Shown here one piece after another: positions 54,609-64,000 of a DNA stretch of 64,000 nucleotides. This DNA is from Blastocystis sp. Blastoise (lineage: Eukaryota > Protista > Bigyra: Opalinata): the NCBI GenBank assembly GCA_039096225.1, contig JBBPEB010000013.1, forward strand, positions 248,001-312,000, written 5' to 3'. The notes beneath the pieces were generated by a model, which was not told the DNA's origin, did not search any database, and saw nothing but the letters and a program-made list of their open reading frames with translations. Each line of letters opens with the position of its first letter. Position 1 is the first letter of the stretch. The translations under genes and the position numbers were made by a program.

Positions 54609-55283
54609 AGATCCAATTATTGAAAGCTTCACACTATTTGTTGCTACTTTGAAAGAATTTCAACTTTTCAAAGTAAATAAAAAAGACAATATCCGATATT
54701 TAATTCTTAAAAAAACAAATTTTTCTAAAAGAAAAGTATTTTTTTCTTCTTTTGACTTTGAAATAAGTTTATGAATATAAATATAAAATAAAATTGATGC
54801 ACACAGTCGAGACGCTGATTCGTTTGTTTTTTGAAATTATACAAAGTAGACAAAATTAATGTAAGGTTACAAATGAATTCTAAATTATTATCAACAATAA
54901 TACACAAGTCTGTAATAACGCAAAATCAAAATATAACAACATTTAAGAAACCAACCCATTGAATAATAAATTATTTTTTTTAAATAACTATTTTAGATAA
55001 AGGAACAGATCATAGAGATTCAGTATGTTATTTCTACACAGGAATGATGCTTAATCTATAAATGAACAATAGGATCATCAACTAAAATCTGTCTATTTTT
55101 TAACCTCTTCTTTATGATCTTCTTTATTTGCTTCATTCTCCTTTATTTTAGAATTCATATTTAAAAGAATAAACAACATATTCGAATTCTAGTAAAAAAT
55201 GAAAAAATCAGGTTTTTCAATTGTGACTCTAGAGAAAAACGAAAAGAATCAGTTTTTGAGTGAGACTTTATATTTATTTTCTG

Positions 55284-56537
55284 ATGGATTATTCGACATA
55301 CGAATTTCAAGCATTACCTCAACGTGAAAGACGAGGACATAATATGGAAAATAGCAAGACAAAAGAAGAAAAGGACAAAGAATTGGAGATAGAATTGGCT
55401 ACTATGAATGCGAAAAAAGAGTCCGAGCAAAGTTCAATTAATGAGATCGAAGCTGATTATCCAGTAGTTCCTATTCCTGAGAACTGCGAGTTTTCTGAGG
55501 AAAGACCGATTGAATACGAATGTATTGATTTTTAATTCATAATATGACAATTATTCATTTTTTAATTTTATTTTTATGTAGATTTGGATAATACAGCGGA
55601 TATTCAAGTTCATTCTTGTATTTCCATTTTGATATATATTATTACTTATGATTTAAAATAGGGGGAAAGAATCTGAAATTGGCATTTGAACAAAATGTAT
55701 TAGGAATGTTTGGGTATCTACTGATATTTATTATTCCATAAATATAAATATTAATAAATTATTTACATCTCTTATTCTCTAGATATATGACAGATATGGA
55801 TAAAATTAAAATCGATTTAACAAAAAGTCCCAAAAGAGTCAAAGCTCATGGTATATTCTATATATATATATTTGTTTTTTTTTAATTATAATGATTGACT
55901 ATTATTTTTATTATATATATATATATATATAGGTCATGATTTATTATCTTTATTATATCAATTATTGGATGAATGTTTATGTTTATTTTCGACGGAATAT
56001 TTCCTCGTTAGAGATATTCATATTCTTGAATTTAATGAACAAACTTTTGATATTACTGCTTTATGGTATATATATATATATATATATAGAATTACTTATT
56101 ATATACTATTTCTTAAAGAATATTTTTTAACATATTTGAGTTATTATCATAAAAATTATAATAGAATATTTGTAATTTATTTTTTATTTCTTATTGAATT
56201 TAATTTTATTCTATAAACTTGCCATATTATTATCATTTATAAGTAATATAATATTATAGTTTATGTCGTTATTTTATGAATAAATTGAATACTATTCTTT
56301 ATAATTTTATATATACATATATAGTTTTGGTGAGGAATGGAATACTGAAAAACATCCTCAAGGTACTGAAATTAAAGCTGTTACTTATTCAAATATGCAA
56401 GTATATATATATTTATATATATATATACTATTATTAAAAAAATATTTAATAAACATAATAATATATATATATATATATATATATAGATTCATGAAAGAGA
56501 TGATCATGTGGATGTCTATGTAATTCTTGATATTTAA
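55284..56537 (+). CDS. ZBTB8OS: Archease (RtcB cofactor), 7 exons
   Basis: YEYLDNTADIQVHSWG, GHDLLSLLYQLLDE, KHPQGTEIKAVTYSNMQI, VILDI*. Start codon uncertain. Confidence 0.95.
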
Positions 56538-56878
56538 TATATCTACTTTGTAAATACATTCATTTTTGTTTTTTAACATTTCGATTTTGAATTATTGTTT
56601 ATAGAAAAATTGTTTTTTATGATTTTAAAAAGTTTATTAAAATACTTTTCAGGAATAATTTAGGAACAATTTGTTTGAATATATGTAAAACGTAATTTTA
56701 AAAATGAAAACGGTAAATAATAAATATATAAAACAATAAACAAAATATAATGAGAAATACAGTTATTCTAATACAAATAAATATATATATAAGTTTGTTT
56801 GATACTATATTGTTTAGTTTTTATGTATTAATTAAACGTAGATGAATGGAGAGGAGCAGAAGTTCTATTTGAATCACC

Positions 56879-58584
56879 TTAAGAAGAATTATCTTTATAT
56901 TCACGGTTATTATTGTCATTCTGATTATCTTTAGAATATGGTCTATTCTCCTGATTAGTAGCATTCATATTAGAAGAGAGAGGAATACTATTCCAAGACG
57001 ATTCTCTATTTAAAGAATCATGATTTCCTTGGAAGTGATTCAAATCATTATTATAATTTTTATTATTATTATTATTCCAATTATTTCTTTTATTATCATT
57101 AGCATTCCAATTACTTCTCTTTTGAGTATTAGTGTAATGAGAAGAAAAAGAAGAATTATTATATTGTCTTCTATTATCATTAGAATCTCTATTATTATAA
57201 TTTCTATTATTATTATTATAATCTCTATTATTATATGTATTCACACGGTGGTCAGAATAAGAATTATTATGATTATTATTAAATCTATCCGAGTTAGTCC
57301 TATCGTTAATATTTCTATTATTATTATTATAATCTCTATTATTATTATAATCTCTATTATTATTATAATCTCTATTATTATTATAATCTCTATTATTATT
57401 ATAATCTCTATTATTATTATAATCTCTATTATTATTATAATTTCTATTATTATTATAATTTCTTCTATTATTATCATAATCTCTTCTATTATCATAGTTT
57501 CTATTATTATCATAGTTTCTATTATTATCATAATTTCTATTATTATCATAATTTCTATTATCATTATAATTTCTATTATCATTATTATAATTCGATTTCC
57601 AGTTATTTCTTCTTTCTAAGGGTTTATACCAATCTTCAGTTTTCCCTTTTTCTTCTTCTTCAAATTCTTTCGATTGTTCATACAAAGGACGATTCATAAT
57701 AGTTATAGAAGGTTTTCTATATATACCATAATAGGAACGTATACAATTCTTTATATATTTATCTCTTAAAAAGGGGTTGATGTCACTTTCAAAATAATTT
57801 CGTTCTACAAAATTATTCTTCTCATTACTTAGTAATCGATTTAATCCAATAGAATAAATTTCTTTTGTCCATTCTCCTCGACTTCTATAATAAGTTAAGA
57901 AACTATTACAGAAATCTGGTGTTTCTTTCTCTTTATTCCATACTTGTGCATATAATCCATGTTGAATATCAAAGAATAAAGACATTTCAGGGATAACACA
58001 ATCATGTTCTCGTATAATAAACATACCACCAGGTTCTAAAACACGAACAATCTCCTTTAAAAATCGTTTATAATCACGAATATGATGTAATACCATAAGA
58101 CATGTTATAACAGACATACTATTATCTTTATAAGGAAGTATATATCCATCATAATAATTAAATGTAAAGTCTTTAATTGTATCATTTGTTAAATCTCGTA
58201 TATCACAACCATATATAGAGCTAGGATCAAGTTGAAGAGCTTTCCCAATAGCGCTTGTAAGAGATCCTTCGGCACACCCAATATCTAAATAAGAATGAAT
58301 AGTAAATGGAATAGAAGGAGAAGGAAGAGGAATAGGAGGAAGAGGAATAGAAGAAGAAGGAATAGGAGGAGAAGGTATAGGAGGAAGAGGAATAGAGGAA
58401 GAAGGAAGAGGAATAGATGAAGGAGAAGGAAGAGGAATAGAAGAAGGAGGAAGAGGAATAGATGAAGGAGAAGGAAGAGGAATAGGAGGAAGAGGAATAG
58501 AAGGAAGAGGAATAGATGAAGGAATAGAAGAAGGATAAGATTGTGTATTAGATAATGTGGATATATCAGGAATTAAGGATAATA

Positions 58585-58620
<36 letters not shown>

Positions 58621-60464
58621 AGTAATAATAATGTTTATATATATAAATATACCTCACGAACACGTGCACTTGTTCGATTATCCACGTGCTCTTCAGTTTG
58701 TGATTTGACAACACCAGATTGTGTACCAGACTTTGAAAGATCAGAAGATAACGACTGATTATCTTTATAAATATATATATATATATATATATATTAATTA
58801 TAATAATATTATATATATATACTATTTGATTCTTCAATTTCACCTTCTTCTTTGGGTTCAGGAATAGACTCATGTGTAACTGGATCCACTTTATATATAT
58901 AATAATAATAATAATAATAAACAATAATAAAATATAATAATAATAATAATAAACAATAATAAAATATAATAATAATAATATATACCTTTATATATATCCT
59001 GTAAGACAATTAAATAGAGTTGATCATATATATATTGATCACATTTTTCCTCTGGATTCTCTGATTCTAACTATATATATAAACATAACAAAACATTAGC
59101 ATAATAATCAATATATATCTAACAATAAACTCAGCATAATAATAATCTATTTATATATATATACACATCGACGAATTGTATTCATAAATTTGTCTAGTAA
59201 ATCATAATTAAAATCGACTTGTTTCAACATAATCGTTTCCATTCGTTTTATTAATTGATTCTTATCATTATTATAAGAAAACAAACTTTGAAATTGTTGT
59301 TGAGAAATAACCGTGGGAATATCATTTCTATCTTTTAATACAGTAGGGCGATGTCTTTCAGTTGCAGAGAAATAAGCAACATATATATACTATTCATAAT
59401 AAGAAATAATAAAGTCAAATATATAATTTACATATATATACTATTCATAATAAGAAATAATAAAGTCAAATATATAATTTACATATATATACATATGATT
59501 TTAAATAATATATAAAAAAATAATAAATATATATTTGAAGAATAAATTAATAAAATATAATAAATTAATTAAAAAAATAATGAATAATAATTAATAATTT
59601 TTCTTCTTTATATATATATATACCTCCGTTTCAGCATTTTCCAATGTTTCTTTTATTTGATATTTAGTAATATTGATCGATTCAAATATAGATAAATCTA
59701 GTTTATGTAATCGAAATACAATAAACGGACAATTATTCATATATAAATCAGAAACAATTAATTTTAATGGACGTGAAAATAAGAAGATATTTCCTTCTTT
59801 ACTAATATTCAAAGAAGAATCGTTTATATCTTGTAAATATGCAATATCCATAAATACTGGTGCATAGGCACATCGATAAGGATATTCCGTATCTAAAAAT
59901 GATAAAAATGATGTATGATGTACATGAACCGTAGAATTTAATTCTAAAATATCAAGATTTGATTGCTCATTATGTCTAGATACACTACTAGGAATAGATA
60001 TATCAATACTATTAAAAGTAGAATGCTCTAAAAATGAGACAATACGACTTGTACAATCATTAAAACAAATATATAGACCATAAGAAGATCGAAGAACACT
60101 ATCGTATGCTTGCATAGGGCAATTCTTATTACGTATCGTACCAATCCAATCAGCAACTTTCTCAGAAACAGAAGAGGGAGGTAATACGGATAATAGACAT
60201 TCTTCGACCTTTAATTTATCCAATATTTCTTTGTCTTTATTAAAATACTGTTTTATATCAAACAATTTACTGACAGAGACTTGTTGACAAGGGTCGTCAG
60301 ATAATTCGAACAAAGTATCCTCATCCTCAGTATTTCTATTGGTTATATCAGGATCAACTTGATCCTTAGACAAATTCTTACTAGTTAAATAATAAATACA
60401 TTATAATAATATACATAATTGTCTGTTCATTGTCTTTATTTTTAGATTCAGTATTATTCTCCAT
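56879..60464 (-). CDS. Class I SAM-dependent methyltransferase with Pro/Ser insert and N/R/Y/D-repeat tail (7 exons)
   Basis: YLDIGCAEG, IYGCDI, LPYKDNS, LMVLHHI, RVLEPGGMFIIREHD. Exons join in frame from ATG 60464. Confidence 0.85.
57310..57590 (-). repeat. Coding 18-bp repeat encoding RDYNNN/RNYDNN
   Basis: About 14 hexapeptide units in the methyltransferase C-terminus. Confidence 0.92.
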
Positions 60465-60727
60465 GTCTCTTGTTTATGTCCTAACCAAATGACAAAAATT
60501 ATAATACACAATATACTATTCAAATAGAGAAAAACAAGATATAAGAAATCTAAAAAAAGTAAAGAATTTGAAAAACAAAAACTGGGTGAACAATCAGAAT
60601 AAACCGCGGTAAATAATATTGAGAAAATTTTATTTTATAAATAACCATAAATAATATAGAACTAGACATTTTGATTGATTATAGACTATATAACGTTTTT
60701 CTAGGTCTATAATATCAAGTATATATA

Positions 60728-61267
60728 ATGAGTTCAAGTGAATCTGAAGATGAAGGTGCTTTTTCTTTGTTTTCAAGCAAAGCAAGTGACATTTCACCAA
60801 TAATTGAAGCTCCTAAAGTAAAAGAATCTGATACACAAGTTCAAAAAGAAATAACAGAAACATCTTCAAAAGATGAATCTGATGCGTTGTCTTTTGATGA
60901 ATTAGGACTAAATGAATGGCTTATCAAAAGTGCAGATGAAGTAGGTATTCGTCAGCCGACTCCTGTCCAAAGAAATTGTATTCCAAAGATCTTAGCTGGA
61001 TTGAATGTAATTGGTATTGCTGAAACAGGTAGCGGTAAGACAGCTACTTTTGCTTTACCTATTCTTCAAAATCTTGCTATTGATCCCTATGGTATTTATG
61101 CGATGATCATCACTCCTACACGAGAACTTGCTTATCAAATTCAAGAACAATTTGAAGCTTTTGGTTTAGGTATTCTTGTTCGTACTTGTTTATTAGTAGG
61201 AGGTCAAGATCAAATTAAACAAGGTGTTGAATTAACAAAAAGACCTCACATTGTTATTGCCACACCT

Positions 61268-61304
<37 letters not shown>

Positions 61305-62753
61305 ATATTTTATATTCATTTATTTTATAATATATTTTTTTAATTTCTATAATATATTTTTTTAATTTCTATAATATATTTTATTATAATGTTATCTATA
61401 TATATATATATTAATTATATATATATAAAGGTCGATTATTAGAGCATCTTTCTCGTTCTGATGGTATGGCTATACATAAATTAAAGTATATTGTACTGGA
61501 TGAAGCGGATAGGCTATTAGATGGATCACAATCAGAAGAAATGAAACGTATCTTAACGTATATACCAAAAGAATCTCAATATATATTAACAACAGCTACT
61601 TATAATGATGCTATTAAACAATTAGTATATTATTTTATTACTATTATTCATTGAATGAATTCTATATATATAGGATAATATAAAGAATAGAGATATATAT
61701 GTATATGAAGGAAACATTGAAACAAAAACAGTTTCCACTTTAGAGGAATACTATTTATTAGTACCTCAACAAATAAAATTATCTTATTTTGTTTATCTAC
61801 TCATGCATTCAAGTAATTCTATTTATTATTTAATTTTATTATTTAATTTTATTATTTATTTTTTTATTTATTTTTTTATTTATTTTATTTATTTTTTTAT
61901 TTATTTTTTTTATTTATTTTATTATATATATTATTATTAAATATATAGTAAAAAAGTTACAAACAGAGGAAGAAGAGGAGGAAGAGAAGAAGAAGGACGA
62001 TAAGAAGAAGGAGAAATCATTATATAAATGCAAAAGTGCCATTGTCTTTTGCGCCAAGTGTAAAACTGCTCAAATGTTACAAGAATTATTACTTCAATTT
62101 GAAGTATATATATAAGGTTATTATTATGTTTATTCTATGTATTCTATTTCTTCTATTTATAATGTTATTATTGTTTTTATACTTATTTTTTTATTCTATT
62201 ATTCTATTTCTTCTATTTATAATGTTATTATTATTTTGATACTTATTCTCTTTATTCTCTTTCTTCTATTTATTGCTATTATTATATATAGATACCTTGT
62301 GTCTGTCTCCATAGTATGTTAAATCAAAGAAGAAGAATTGCTGCATTAGGGAAATTCAAAAATGCTAAGGCTAATATATTAATTTGTACAGATGTCGCTT
62401 CTAGAGGTCTGGATATCCCTCAAGTTGATTTAGTTATTAATTTTGATTTACCGAATAATCCCCGTGATTATGTTCATCGTGTTGGTAGAACAGCTAGAGC
62501 TGGTCGTTCTGGTACTTCTGTTTCTATGGTTACTCAATATGATATTTTACTCCTTAAGAATATCGAAAAAACCACGGGAAAAGAGATGTCTGCTCAAGAG
62601 GGTATTGAAGAAGAAAACGTTCTTACTCTTCTAGGAAAAGTTAATAAAGCTGAACGTGTTGCTCAGTTACGTCTGAATCAGGATGGATTTTATGAAAAAT
62701 ATAAACAAATACGAGAAGATCGACGTAAAAAACAAATGGCAAACAAAGAATAA
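60728..62753 (+). CDS. DDX49: DEAD-box RNA helicase DDX49/Dbp8 (5 exons)
   Basis: AETGSGKT, DPYGIYA..TPTRELAYQI, LDEADR, RRIAALGKFK, DVASRGLDIP, HRVGRTARAGR. Confidence 0.94.
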
Positions 62754-63087
62754 GAAAATAAAGAATATTTTTTTTTACAATTTCTATATAAGTTCATTTT
62801 ATGTTTTTTTGTGTACTGTTTTATGTGTATTCATGTTTTCATTTATGTTTTTATTGTGTTCTTATAAGTCTCTTGTTTTCTTCATACATTTGTTTTTATT
62901 TTTCATTCTAATCCAAATTTATAATTTGACTTCACTTATGTAAACTATCAAATCTAATAATCTATATTTAATGATATATTTTATTTTTTTTTAAATCTTT
63001 AAAATTTGCTAACAAATTTGAAAAGAAAAATTTGATAAATTATTTTCATCTTTATTCCTAGAATTATTTAATATTCAATCTTTAATT

Positions 63088-64000
63088 ATGGATCTTTATG
63101 CAGAATTTGATACAAGGTCAAGATTTACAAGAACAAACGTATTAAAAAAGCGACACATTTCTCACATTCAAATAGAAAATAACGAAGTTAATCGTGATAA
63201 TACACGTATGAGTTTTACATGAAATGTATTATTTAGTTTTAGTTGAAAATGAATCAGAAACCAAACCAGGTTCACAATTGCTTTCTTCAAATGTAGATAT
63301 CAATGAGAGAATGAATACTCAAAATGAGACAAACTTTGATAGTATATTTATGATGTTTTTTCTTCGATTCGTTATATATTTCCATTTTTTATAGACAATG
63401 ATATAGTTGTGTTAACCCAGAATGTCGATGAAATTCAAGAGAATCGTCACAGCTCTATAAGCAAAGAGTCTTGTAATGATGAGGCTATAATAAAGCCCCT
63501 AACACTTCCAAAAACATTACTTCTTCAATTACAAGAATTATCGATATCTCCATCACGTCCAAAAAGTTATATATTATGCCCTCTATGTAAAAATGTTGTT
63601 ATAACATTTGCAAGACTTGTATGTTTTTTTATTCTATATATGGTTTTTAAGTATTTACTTGTTTTTTTTTGTTCTTTTTTTGTTTTTTTTAATTCTTATA
63701 TATATATATATATCATAGTTACCCTGTCAGCATTGTTTCTGTTACGATTGTTCTACGTCTGCTTCATCTATTTGTCCATTTTGTAAACAATATTGTAATT
63801 CAATTGAAACATTTCCAAATACTGTATCTCTATATTATTGTTCTATACCTACATGTATGTGCTGTTTCCTTACTAAAGAATCACTTAATGTATATATATA
63901 GTATTTATTCTATTCAATATATATATAAACTATTATATATGTTTCGTATTTAATATATTATATATATATATATATTGCATATATTTTTATACCTTAATAA
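63088..64000 (+). CDS. CBLL1: Hakai/CBLL1-like RING E3 ligase; 3' end beyond window
   Basis: CPLC...FARLLPCQHCFCYDC...CPFC...IE...LYYCSIPTC..FLT..SL matches the Hakai RING plus following C2H2 pattern. Confidence 0.72.

Noticed and set aside
55713-55782. GTATCT-starting introns (archease, fucosidase) as U12 GT-AG
   Set aside because: They lack the following TT and any TCCTTAA branch element.
59381-59391. Apparent missing AG acceptor in the methyltransferase
   Set aside because: An AG 9 nt upstream gives in-frame YIY-VAYF, so it is canonical.

Overview
Extremely AT-rich, intron-dense nuclear DNA from a microbial eukaryote. Gene content (secreted GH29 fucosidase, BTB-TLDc protein, NDUFAF5, a minor-type intron) suggests a Blastocystis-like gut stramenopile; this is inference only. 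I traced 17 spliced protein-coding genes by hand (two run off the window ends): sphingosine/ceramide kinase, Aurora kinase, an unknown type II membrane protein, PAQR, DYRK kinase, U/P-type cyclin, NDUFAF5, a UBL+coiled-coil+LRR protein, BTB-TLDc, ALG3, nicotinamidase, alpha-L-fucosidase, TBC RabGAP, archease, a class I methyltransferase, DDX49/Dbp8 and Hakai-like RING. Most of the roughly 120-130 introns are GT-AG and bracketed by (TA)n tracts. Standouts: (1) three introns in intact conserved genes need non-canonical ends (AT-AG, GT-AA, GG-AG), and a fourth is a U12-type AT-AC intron; (2) two abutting non-autonomous Mutator-like TIR elements (23331-25994, 26003-26419), the second inserted into the 9-bp TSD of the first and carrying a ~145-nt GC-rich island that folds by eye into a pseudoknotted, multi-helix RNA; (3) a membrane protein with a split phage-structural-like domain. 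Many ORFs in the supplied track are microsatellite or intron artefacts.
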